NCBI GenBank assembly: GCA_964409035.1
Contig: CAYPBQ010000005.1
Coordinates: 1-60,166 of the forward strand
DNA: 60,166 nucleotides
Source of the DNA: an uncultured Candidatus Saccharibacteria bacterium
GTDB taxonomy: Bacteria > Patescibacteriota > Minisyncoccia > Phycocordibacterales > UBA12088
Direction: 5' to 3'
Shown: positions 48,001 through 55,489 of the stretch, one piece after another
Position numbering within the stretch: position 1 is the first letter of the stretch
Layout: every line of letters starts with the position of its first letter
Translations under genes and position numbers: made by a program
Notes under the pieces: model-generated
Database searches by the model: none
What the model was told of the DNA's origin: nothing
Seen by the model: only the letters and a program-made list of their open reading frames with translations

Positions 48001-49203
48001 TTACGTTCGGGCTGTATCCTTTTTGATCATACTAGCCACGGCAGGCCAGACGTCCCTTCGGTGCGTGATCAACGCCGTATGGAAATTGTCACGACTCAGC
48101 GCGCGGAACCGCTCGAGCATCGAGCTTTCATAAGAAGCACCCCCATTCGGCTTGATCTCGCCGTAGCCAAAGAGGTTGGCGATGTTGCATAGCGCCTTAG
48201 CGCTAGCCAAAGTCTCCTCGTTGTCGCTCTCGAAGTTATCGCCGTCCGAGCAGTGGAATGCATAGATGTTCCAATGCTCTGGATGGAATCGCTGCTCGAT
48301 CACCTCGAGCGCCTTCTTGTAGCCCGACGAAATCATCGTGCCGCCCGATTCACCCTTGTGGAAGAACTCGTCCTCCGTCACCTCGCTGGCCTCGGTGTGG
48401 TGGCCGATGAAGACGACCTCTACCTGATCGTAGCGTGTACGGACGAACTGATAGAGCAGGAAGAAGAAGCTCCGCGCCAGATACTTCTTTAATCGATCCA
48501 TGGAGCCCGACGTGTCCATGATGCAGATGACGACGGCGTTACTCTCTTCCCGCGGCTCGTCGACCAGACGGCGATAGGTCAGATCCTCCTTGCGGAAGGG
48601 AAAGCTGTTATCGCTTTCCTCATTTTCGGGCCCGTCGGTCTCATCCTCCGTGTCGGTCAGGGGCATGCCCTGGGCGATCTGGCGCCGGATCTTGGACATG
48701 ATGGTGCGTTTGCGATCGAGATGCACACGAATGCCGGCCTTGCGGTAGCCCTTGCGCTTCGAAGTCCGCTCGGCCAGCGCTTCCTTGAGGATCTTGCGTT
48801 CCATGTCCGGGAGCTCCAGATCCTCGAACATGATGTCGATCAGCTCGTCGAGTGTGATCTCGGTCTCGTAGATGTCCTGACCCGGCTCATTACCGGCCGG
48901 CCCCTGGCCCTTCTCGCCCTGTCCGGCCGGACCGACGATCTGACCGGGCTCGGTGTCACCTTTGCCGGTGCCGACACCACCTGAATTGGTGCCGAAAGTG
49001 AAGCGGTACTCCTTCACCCCTCGGATCGGCACCTTGATCACCTTGCCTCGATCCCGCCCTATGATGCTCTCCTCGGCGATAATGTCGGCGATATTGTCCT
49101 TGAGCGAGCGTCGCAGCTTCTCCCGATGGCGCTTGCGGTCGCCGGCACTGCGATCAGATCGTAGCGCCTCCGTTTCGTTGTAAGGTCGAAAGACAGTAGT
49201 CAT
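48001..49203 (-). CDS. yhbH: YhbH/YeaH (DUF444) family protein with vWA-like MIDAS motif
   Basis: 400 aa from ATG 49203, with GGAGG 6 nt upstream. RHREKLRRSLKDNIADIIAEESII, and a DxSxS motif in VVICIMDTSGSM. Confidence 0.88.
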   Translation of the reverse strand: MTTVFRPYNETEALRSDRSAGDRKRHREKLRRSLKDNIADIIAEESIIGRDRGKVIKVPIRGVKEYRFTFGTNSGGVGTGKGDTEPGQIVGPAGQGEKGQGPAGNEPGQDIYETEITLDELIDIMFEDLELPDMERKILKEALAERTSKRKGYRKAGIRVHLDRKRTIMSKIRRQIAQGMPLTDTEDETDGPENEESDNSFPFRKEDLTYRRLVDEPREESNAVVICIMDTSGSMDRLKKYLARSFFFLLYQFVRTRYDQVEVVFIGHHTEASEVTEDEFFHKGESGGTMISSGYKKALEVIEQRFHPEHWNIYAFHCSDGDNFESDNEETLASAKALCNIANLFGYGEIKPNGGASYESSMLERFRALSRDNFHTALITHRRDVWPAVASMIKKDTART

Positions 49204-49246
49204 TAGAGGCCTCCTATGGTTCAACTTTTTTGAGCATATATCTTTA

Positions 49247-49292
49247 TAAAAAATTGACAAGAATGAGCCACACAAGTTTCCTTGTGTGGCTC
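49247..49292 (-). terminator. Terminator after prkA
   Basis: Perfect 12-bp stem gagccacacaag-gaaa-cttgtgtggctc, followed by attcttgtcaatttttt on the minus strand. Confidence 0.65.
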
Positions 49293-49391
49293 AAATTGAT
49301 CAGCGGAGTGTTCTTGCGCTCCACCGAGACCATCGAGGCTTTTCACGCCTCAATAATCTCTCAAAAAATTGTTGTTGCTGGAAGGAACTCA

Positions 49392-51314
49392 TCAGTCCTT
49401 CCAGAGGTGATTGGCAGCATACTTCAGCACCGTATCGATGCTGTCATCATTGTAACCCTGCTCGAGGAGATTCTCGACCATAGCCGAGTACTTCTGCCGC
49501 TGCTCCTCGTCACGGGTACGCGACTTGGTGATGATGCGGCTGATGTCGCGAACAGAGTTCATCAGCTTCTTCTCAATGGCCTCCTTCAGCGGCTCGTAGG
49601 CGGAGTAGCTTAGCGTCTCACCGCGACGCATACCAGACCACAGGTAAGCGATCACCTCCTGGCGGAAGCCATCGGCGGCCGGGCCGATGATCGCGATCTG
49701 CTCCTCGATGGATTTGAGGAACCCCTCGTCGGGCTGCATCTCCTCCTTGGTCACGTGATCCTTGACCTTGGTCTTGGTCACGTAGGCCTCGGCATTGTCG
49801 AGGTAGTTCTGGAACAGGGTCTCTGCTTGATCCTTGAAGCTGAAGACGAAGGCCTTGGTGATGTCCTTCTCCAAGAGCTCCAGATAGACCTTGTGGAGCG
49901 TGTCCTGGAGAAACTCCAGATGCTGCCGCTTCGTGTCCTCGGAGAGGTCCGTCTCCTTGACCATGCCGATCAACGCCTCACGGACATTGATGGGATGGAT
50001 GGAACCGCCGTTCTGCGTGAGAGCCGTGTCGAGGGCCTTCATGACAAAGCGCGTGCTGATGCCGAACAGGCCCTCCCGCTTGGTATCTTCACGAAGCTCG
50101 TGCGCCGTGATCTTCTTGGGTCGGCCCTTTTCTAGTACCTCCTCCCCGTTGTAGATCTTGAGCTTGGTGAGGAGGTCGCACTTCCCGGTGGGCTCGAGCC
50201 GAGTGAGGATCGCAAACATCGAGGCAATCTCGAGCGTGTGCGGCGAGATCTTGAGATCAAAGCGGGACCGCTTGAGGAACTTCCGATAGATCTTCACCTC
50301 TTCCGAGAGGCGGAGATTGTACGGCACCTTGACGACGACGATACGGTCGAGAATGGCCTCGTTGGTATGGTCGGCCTTGAACCGCTGCCACTCCGCCTCG
50401 TTGCTGTGCGCGACGATGACTGTGTCGACGTAGATTGTGCCATGCCGGCCGGGTGCCGGGACCATCTTCTCCTGTGTCGCCGTGATCATGGTGTGGAGAT
50501 ACTCGGTCTCGTTCTTGAAGACCTCGATGAACTCCACCATGCCTCGATTGCCGACGTTGAAGGCGCCGTTCAGCTCCAGCACCCTCGGATCACCCTCGGA
50601 AAAGCGGTCGAGCTTGCTGATGTCCTCCGAGCCGATCAGGACCGAGGTGTCCTGGTTGTTGGGATCGACCGGCGGGACGACACCGATGCCCTTACGGGCC
50701 CGGATCGAGAAGGACATCGTGCAGATCGGCATCTTCTCGTACTGACCGGCGAACTCGTTCATCAGGCGGTGCCTGGTGATCGGATCAATGTCTCCCTCGA
50801 TCCTCACGCCCAGCATCTCCTCGAACGCGCTCCGAAGGTGGCGCGGGATGAGGCAGAGCGGATTGCAATAGTTGGGCGAGCCTTCGATCACATAGATCGG
50901 GTCGAGATCCTCGAGGCCACGCTTCAGGCGGTCGACCAGCGAGCTCTTTCCTGAGCCGACCGGCCCCATAAGATAAAGGACTTGGCGAGCCTCCTCGCCG
51001 CCCATCGCGGAAGAGTGGAAATAGCGTACGATCTTGTCGAGCGTGCGCTCCATACCGAAGAACTCGTCCTTGAAGAACCCGTACGTCTTCGGGCTCTGAT
51101 CCCCGAAGACGCGCTTGGCGCGCGGGTCGGCCTCGACATCGACACTCTCCGTGCCGCGATCAACGATCATGTCGTACATGCGCTTGTGCGAGAAGTCGGC
51201 GAGCCGTGGGTTCGCCTTGACCAAGTCCAGATAGTCCAGCAGCGTGCCGCGCCAGTGCTTCTTCTGCCGTTCCTGGCGATCTTGCTTAATCAGTGTCGCG
51301 TAATCACTAGACAT
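49392..51314 (-). CDS. prkA: PrkA/YeaG family serine protein kinase (AAA+ N-domain plus kinase-like C-domain)
   Basis: 640 aa with Walker A LMGPVGSGKSS and FFGMERTLDKIVRYF. The overall layout resembles E. coli YeaG (from memory). GGGAG lies 6 nt upstream of the ATG. Confidence 0.92.
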   Translation of the reverse strand: MSSDYATLIKQDRQERQKKHWRGTLLDYLDLVKANPRLADFSHKRMYDMIVDRGTESVDVEADPRAKRVFGDQSPKTYGFFKDEFFGMERTLDKIVRYFHSSAMGGEEARQVLYLMGPVGSGKSSLVDRLKRGLEDLDPIYVIEGSPNYCNPLCLIPRHLRSAFEEMLGVRIEGDIDPITRHRLMNEFAGQYEKMPICTMSFSIRARKGIGVVPPVDPNNQDTSVLIGSEDISKLDRFSEGDPRVLELNGAFNVGNRGMVEFIEVFKNETEYLHTMITATQEKMVPAPGRHGTIYVDTVIVAHSNEAEWQRFKADHTNEAILDRIVVVKVPYNLRLSEEVKIYRKFLKRSRFDLKISPHTLEIASMFAILTRLEPTGKCDLLTKLKIYNGEEVLEKGRPKKITAHELREDTKREGLFGISTRFVMKALDTALTQNGGSIHPINVREALIGMVKETDLSEDTKRQHLEFLQDTLHKVYLELLEKDITKAFVFSFKDQAETLFQNYLDNAEAYVTKTKVKDHVTKEEMQPDEGFLKSIEEQIAIIGPAADGFRQEVIAYLWSGMRRGETLSYSAYEPLKEAIEKKLMNSVRDISRIITKSRTRDEEQRQKYSAMVENLLEQGYNDDSIDTVLKYAANHLWKD

Positions 51315-51394
51315 TGATTACTCCCTAATGTGGCTTTTGCCACATTGCCCCACCCACAATGGGGAGGCTCTAACGCAGAGAGTATAGAAATATC

Positions 51395-51419
51395 ATTATC
51401 TGTCAAAGTGACAGATAAT
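51395..51419. promoter_or_regulatory. Perfect 11-bp-arm palindrome at the island/host junction
   Basis: ATTATCTGTCA-AAG-TGACAGATAAT, 4 nt after the response-regulator stop. On the minus strand it contains TTGACA, 14 nt upstream of TATACT. It could be the regulator gene's terminator or an operator. Confidence 0.4.
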
Positions 51420-51422
51420 AAG

Positions 51423-52223
51423 TTATTGCAACTTCCCCTTTCTTTTTAAGATAACAAGAATTCTGTCGAGTACCTCCTGAGGAGTAACCATGGCTTTTAT
51501 CAAAAAATCTTCTGCCCCTGCTTTGGTGCACTCCTCAATCTCGTGCTCTTGCCCTAAGTTTGAAAACATAATCACCGACACATCCTTATACCGAGAATCT
51601 GCTTTTATTTTCTTTAAGACATCGATACCGCTAATGCCAGGCATGATAATATCGAGGAGTATTAGATCAGGCACCTCCTTTTCAAGTAGCGCAAGTGCGT
51701 TTTCTCCATCTACCGCAACAGTTACCGAGCAACCCTTTTTCTTTAGATGCATTGCTGCAATTGATGAAAGAAATGGATCATCTTCAACAATAAGCAATCG
51801 AGCCAAAGGATTTGAAAGTACCGATGATGTGGTTGCGGTGTTCTTTGGATCAGTGTTTGGTGATATATATTTATGCACCTTTTCTAGTACTTCTGCAGGA
51901 CTAAACTGTGCCTTGATGATGTAATCCTTCACTCCCATATCCAAAATGTGTCGTATCTCAACTGGTTGTCCTGAGTTAGAAATGACAATGACTGGTACCT
52001 CCTTTATATCTTCATCCGAACGGATTTTTTCCAATGTTTCGTACCCATTCATTTTTGGCATTACCATATCTAGCAATACCACGTCTGGCTTTACTTCTTT
52101 AAGTTTTGCTACTCCCGCTTCTCCATCCTTTTCCCAGTAGGTCTCGTACCCTTCGCTTGTGAGATGATCACGTAGGAGTTCACCGAGCACTTCTTCGTCT
52201 TCAATGATAAGAATTTTTTTCAT
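51423..52223 (-). CDS. Response regulator with two receiver (REC) domains and no output domain
   Basis: Two REC units, KKILIIEDEE...VVLLDMVMPKMNG...IIKA and RLLIVEDDP...LILLDIIMPGISG...LIKA. I prefer the ATG at 52223. Confidence 0.9.
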   Translation of the reverse strand: MKKILIIEDEEVLGELLRDHLTSEGYETYWEKDGEAGVAKLKEVKPDVVLLDMVMPKMNGYETLEKIRSDEDIKEVPVIVISNSGQPVEIRHILDMGVKDYIIKAQFSPAEVLEKVHKYISPNTDPKNTATTSSVLSNPLARLLIVEDDPFLSSIAAMHLKKKGCSVTVAVDGENALALLEKEVPDLILLDIIMPGISGIDVLKKIKADSRYKDVSVIMFSNLGQEHEIEECTKAGAEDFLIKAMVTPQEVLDRILVILKRKGKLQ

Positions 52224-52285
52224 ACTGTTTGATATCGCTTTTTGAAAGTATATCATCAATTTAATATTGCGATGCTAGCTTGAGA

Positions 52286-53338
52286 TTACTGTGATAACGG
52301 TATAGGAAGTGAGAAGTAAAAAGTAGTCCCCTCACCTTCTTTACTTTCAAAGCTAATGGTACCCCCATGCTTATCAACAATATTTTTTGCAACAAATAAT
52401 CCAAGCCCCGTTCCATCAGTTTTTGCTTTAAGCGCATTGTCTGCTCTAAAAAACTTTGTAAATATGGCAGATTTTTGATGCTCTGGAATCCCAATACCAG
52501 TATCAGAGACAGATACTACAATATGGTTACTATTACGAGTTGCTCGCACCATCACTTTTCCTCCTGATTTAGTATACGAAAGCGCGTTTTCAATTAAATT
52601 TTGAAGTACTGCGCGAATCTTTTCTGAGTCAATTTTTACAGGTGGAAGTTCCTGCTGTGGTGGCTCAAACTCAAGTGTCACATGATGTTGTGATACATAA
52701 CCAGCAAAATCTAGTAGTACCGATTCAATTACATGTTCAATATGAACAAGCGTGAGTTCGTATTCTAATTTTCCAGATTCAATTCTTGTAACTACCAACA
52801 TTTTGTTGATGAGATTTATGGTTCGCTCTGTACTTGCGTATGCTTTGAGAATAAGGCTTCGCTGATCTATGGTGAGATTTTCAGAAGAATCATCACACAT
52901 AAGCGACAATGCCCATTTAATTGCAGAGAGGGGTGTGCGCAACTGGTGGGCGGCAACTGAGATAAATTCAGATTTTACCTTATCCAATTCAAGCAGCCTT
53001 GTATTTGCTTCAGTTAACTGCGCCTCTTGCTGGGATAGCAACCGATTGCTTGCATCAAGCTCTTCTATTTTTAGATGCAACTCTTGCGTGCGCTCCACCA
53101 CTTTTCTTTCCACACTTTCTTTTTCGCTCTGTAGTTCTGAAAGAAGTGCGAGTACCTTTGCGTGCAATTCAGAAAACTCTTTTGAGCTAATATCAAAAGA
53201 GTGGTCAAGCAGTCGCCTGTCTTGATCGTACCCTTCATAGGTGGTACTTACCGCCTCAAGTAGTTGCATACATTCCTCAGGGATATGAACATCTGCACCT
53301 ACATATTTTTTTAATTGGCGCTCAAGAAGGTGGTGCAT
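52286..53338 (-). CDS. Soluble sensor histidine kinase (coiled-coil, HisKA, HATPase_c)
   Basis: H-box ISVAAHQLRTPLSAI, N-box NLIENALSYT, G1 VSDTGIGIP and G2 GTGLGL. No TM segment. Confidence 0.92.
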   Translation of the reverse strand: MHHLLERQLKKYVGADVHIPEECMQLLEAVSTTYEGYDQDRRLLDHSFDISSKEFSELHAKVLALLSELQSEKESVERKVVERTQELHLKIEELDASNRLLSQQEAQLTEANTRLLELDKVKSEFISVAAHQLRTPLSAIKWALSLMCDDSSENLTIDQRSLILKAYASTERTINLINKMLVVTRIESGKLEYELTLVHIEHVIESVLLDFAGYVSQHHVTLEFEPPQQELPPVKIDSEKIRAVLQNLIENALSYTKSGGKVMVRATRNSNHIVVSVSDTGIGIPEHQKSAIFTKFFRADNALKAKTDGTGLGLFVAKNIVDKHGGTISFESKEGEGTTFYFSLPIPLSQ

Positions 53339-53340
53339 AC

Positions 53341-54492
53341 CTATACTTCCCTCAGGGTGGTTATGGTCATCGTCTGATTATGAAGCTGGCACTGCCGCTC
53401 AGTTGGTGTGGTTGGGCTAATCTCTCCATAGGAGTAAAACCCGATCATGTTTGCTCGTTCGCCCACCACCTCTCTTACAGCTTCAGTCTCATCTTCAACT
53501 CTATCTTTTAATACGAGCTTCCTTCCTATACAGCTTACCAAAACGGCTAGTTCTGCCTTGCCCTCCCCTAGTGATACCGTGCTCATACTTGCAGCACCGG
53601 AGGCGCCATCTATAAGGCGGTCAAAGTTTGCCTTCATAAAACGAGCAACAACACCAACTGGCATATCCCCCGCAAAAGTAACGGACTGTGTTGCCTCATC
53701 AACACCAAGCACTGTACGAACAACCTCCACCTCAACACCAAGATCGGTGGTGATTTTTAAGCTAAGCGGAAACAATAGCCCGCTTGCGGGTAAATCTTTA
53801 GCTAATTCACCAAGATATTCTTTATAAAGAACAAGCGCTGGCTTGTCATCCAATTCATACAATACGTTTCCTTGTGCTTTGGTTATCGTACGAGAGACAC
53901 CAAATGAATCCCACCCTCCTAGTGAACCGTATCCTACTTTAATAGACTCACCATAAAACCCAACACATACAAGCCTCTTTTGTGCTGCCATAGTATCAAG
54001 CCCCACCATAGTCTCTTTGAACCGAGGTCCATCACCTACCAACCCTCCGGTTACAGAAACGGCTTGTGGAAGTTCTGCCAACAAACCTTTTACAAGCGCG
54101 GTACCGTTAACAAATAATCCATCTGAGAATATCATTACATGCACAAGCCCCTCTTTAGGTAGCGCCTTTGCAAGTGTATTGCCCACCTCCTCGCTGTGGT
54201 CTGCTGAATCTATGGTTGCCTCTACGCACTGTATTGTGGTTTTTTCAAATGCGATTGCAGATAGCACTAGCGCATCATCTGATACCTCGGTATCAATAAT
54301 TTCACCCGCTGTTGTTGCGCTTACTATTTTTGCTGATGGATACCACGCTCTAATCTCTTCAAAAAGAGTTTTGTCTTTTAATGCCTCATTGCCACCAAAC
54401 ACCAACACCAGTGTGGGTGGTAAAGGAAGGGGTGTGTTGGTAAAAGTAGTCCAACCATTTTGCTTAGTCCATTTTTTTTGTTCTATGTGCAT
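53341..54492 (-). CDS. FIST-domain signal sensor protein
   Basis: 383 aa. The length and pattern (LVLVFG..., VTGGLVGDG, FYSYGEISP) are typical of FIST_N plus FIST_C. Its stop lies 2 nt before the kinase ATG. Confidence 0.8.
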   Translation of the reverse strand: MHIEQKKWTKQNGWTTFTNTPLPLPPTLVLVFGGNEALKDKTLFEEIRAWYPSAKIVSATTAGEIIDTEVSDDALVLSAIAFEKTTIQCVEATIDSADHSEEVGNTLAKALPKEGLVHVMIFSDGLFVNGTALVKGLLAELPQAVSVTGGLVGDGPRFKETMVGLDTMAAQKRLVCVGFYGESIKVGYGSLGGWDSFGVSRTITKAQGNVLYELDDKPALVLYKEYLGELAKDLPASGLLFPLSLKITTDLGVEVEVVRTVLGVDEATQSVTFAGDMPVGVVARFMKANFDRLIDGASGAASMSTVSLGEGKAELAVLVSCIGRKLVLKDRVEDETEAVREVVGERANMIGFYSYGEISPTTPTERQCQLHNQTMTITTLREV

Positions 54493-54602
54493 ACAAGCAT
54501 GTTATCTATATACATATAGCATACCCCATTTCGGTGTTTTTTTAGAATGAATACATCCTATTGAAAATAGTGCTCGGGCAAGGCATACTACAGCAGTCTT
54601 AT

Positions 54603-54686
54603 GCCCAGGTGGTGAAATTGGTATACACGCTACCTTGAGGTGGTAGTGGCCGCAAGGCTGTGCAGGTTCAAGTCCTGTCCTGGGCA
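54603..54686 (+). tRNA. tRNA-Leu (anticodon GAG), long variable arm
   Basis: Manual fold: acceptor GCCCAGG/CCTGGGC, anticodon arm CTACC-TTGAGGT-GGTAG, variable arm TGGCCGCAAGGCTG, T-loop TTCAAGT. Confidence 0.9.
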
Positions 54687-54808
54687 CAAAAACAAAAGAG
54701 CCGGATGCGTATGCATTCGGCGATTATTGTTTTGTCGTCCAGATAGGACTTGCACCACAAGAGTACTTCCATTTTTATCTCCCCACGGTCGTAAAAATTA
54801 GGTGGCAC

Positions 54809-54847
54809 AAAAACAAAAGCGAGCCATTGTGGCTCGCTTTTGTTTTT
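54809..54847. terminator. rplS terminator (17-bp stem)
   Basis: aaaaacaaaagcgagcc-attgt-ggctcgcttttgttttt. Confidence 0.75.
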
Positions 54848-54848
54848 A

Positions 54849-55457
54849 TTATTTATCTTCCTCTTTCTTTTCTTTAGCAGTAACCTCTGTTTCTTCTTTT
54901 GGAGCTTCCTCAACAACTTCTGGTTCTGCTGTTGCTTTCTCTGCTTCCTCCTTAGCCTTTTGCTCTGCCTCTTCTTTAGCACGAGCTTCGTCTTCAATTC
55001 TCTTCGCTTCAGCTTCTGCCTTTTCTATCTCTGCCTTTGCCTTTGCTGCTTCGTCTTCAACCCTTCGAGCTTCTGCTTGTTCACTAAGTGTTCCCTCAGC
55101 AACAATACGAGTCTTTCTCATTTGTCGTCTGATCTCTTTAGATGCCTTGTCTCTGATGTAGTAAAGCTTAGATCGTTTTACCCTTGTTCTCTTTACCACT
55201 TCTATTTTATCAATCAGTGGAGAAAATAGCGGAAACACCCTCTCTACACCATACCCTCCTGCAGACCTGCGAACAGTAAAGGTGGCGCCAGGCTCATTGC
55301 CGTGCTTAGTAGCAATAACCACTCCCTCAAACATCTGTATACGGGTCTTGCCCTTATCCTGAATCTTAGAATATACGCGAACAGTGTCTCCCGAGGAGAT
55401 AGCTACCTCCTTTCGGGATTCTATATTAATAGATGTATGAATTTCTGCCGTTTTCAT
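54849..55457 (-). CDS. rplS: 50S ribosomal protein L19 with about 85-aa E/K/A-rich C-terminal extension
   Basis: Core GDTVRVYSKIQDKGKTRIQMFEGVVIA...FTVRR...GVERVFPLFSPLIDKIEVV...KLYYIR, followed by a low-complexity EAKAE tail. I prefer the ATG at 55457. Confidence 0.92.
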   Translation of the reverse strand: MKTAEIHTSINIESRKEVAISSGDTVRVYSKIQDKGKTRIQMFEGVVIATKHGNEPGATFTVRRSAGGYGVERVFPLFSPLIDKIEVVKRTRVKRSKLYYIRDKASKEIRRQMRKTRIVAEGTLSEQAEARRVEDEAAKAKAEIEKAEAEAKRIEDEARAKEEAEQKAKEEAEKATAEPEVVEEAPKEETEVTAKEKKEEDK

Positions 55458-55489
55458 AATGTTTGCGTACGATACCACGAACTTTTTTA

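Larger units (their letters stand above)
46433..51420 (-). other. Compositionally foreign (GC-rich) three-gene island: prkA - yhbH/yeaH - spoVR
   Basis: Hand counts of 60-nt lines give 57% GC at 46561-46620 and 68% at 47281-47340. Flanking lines give 37% at 45481-45540 and 42% at 52321-52380. No integrase or direct repeats were seen. Confidence 0.8.

Noticed and set aside
46557-51317. Many 60-240 aa ORFs on both strands inside the GC-rich island, for example 50238..50954 (+), 49755..50135 (+), 47095..47403 (-) and 50924..51163 (-).
   Set aside because: They are shadow ORFs expected in GC-rich DNA. All of them overlap the long, motif-bearing prkA, yhbH or spoVR frames, and they have Arg/Ala/Gly/Pro-rich nonsense composition.
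54682-54826. Direct repeat GGCACAAAAACAAAAG(C)GAGCC at the tRNA-Leu 3' end and again 122 nt downstream, considered as att-like scars.
   Set aside because: Both copies are the A-rich arms of two separate terminator hairpins, one for tRNA-Leu and one for rplS, which share the genome's common terminator arm motif. The intervening 120 nt carries nothing element-like.
54668-55229. Three ORFs (54668..54997 -, 54802..55161 +, 54840..55229 +) with K/R-, S/A- or F/L-rich repeats.
   Set aside because: They are alternative frames of the low-complexity GAA/GCA/AAG tail of rplS. ORF 54502..54687 and part of 54668..54997 also overlap tRNA-Leu.
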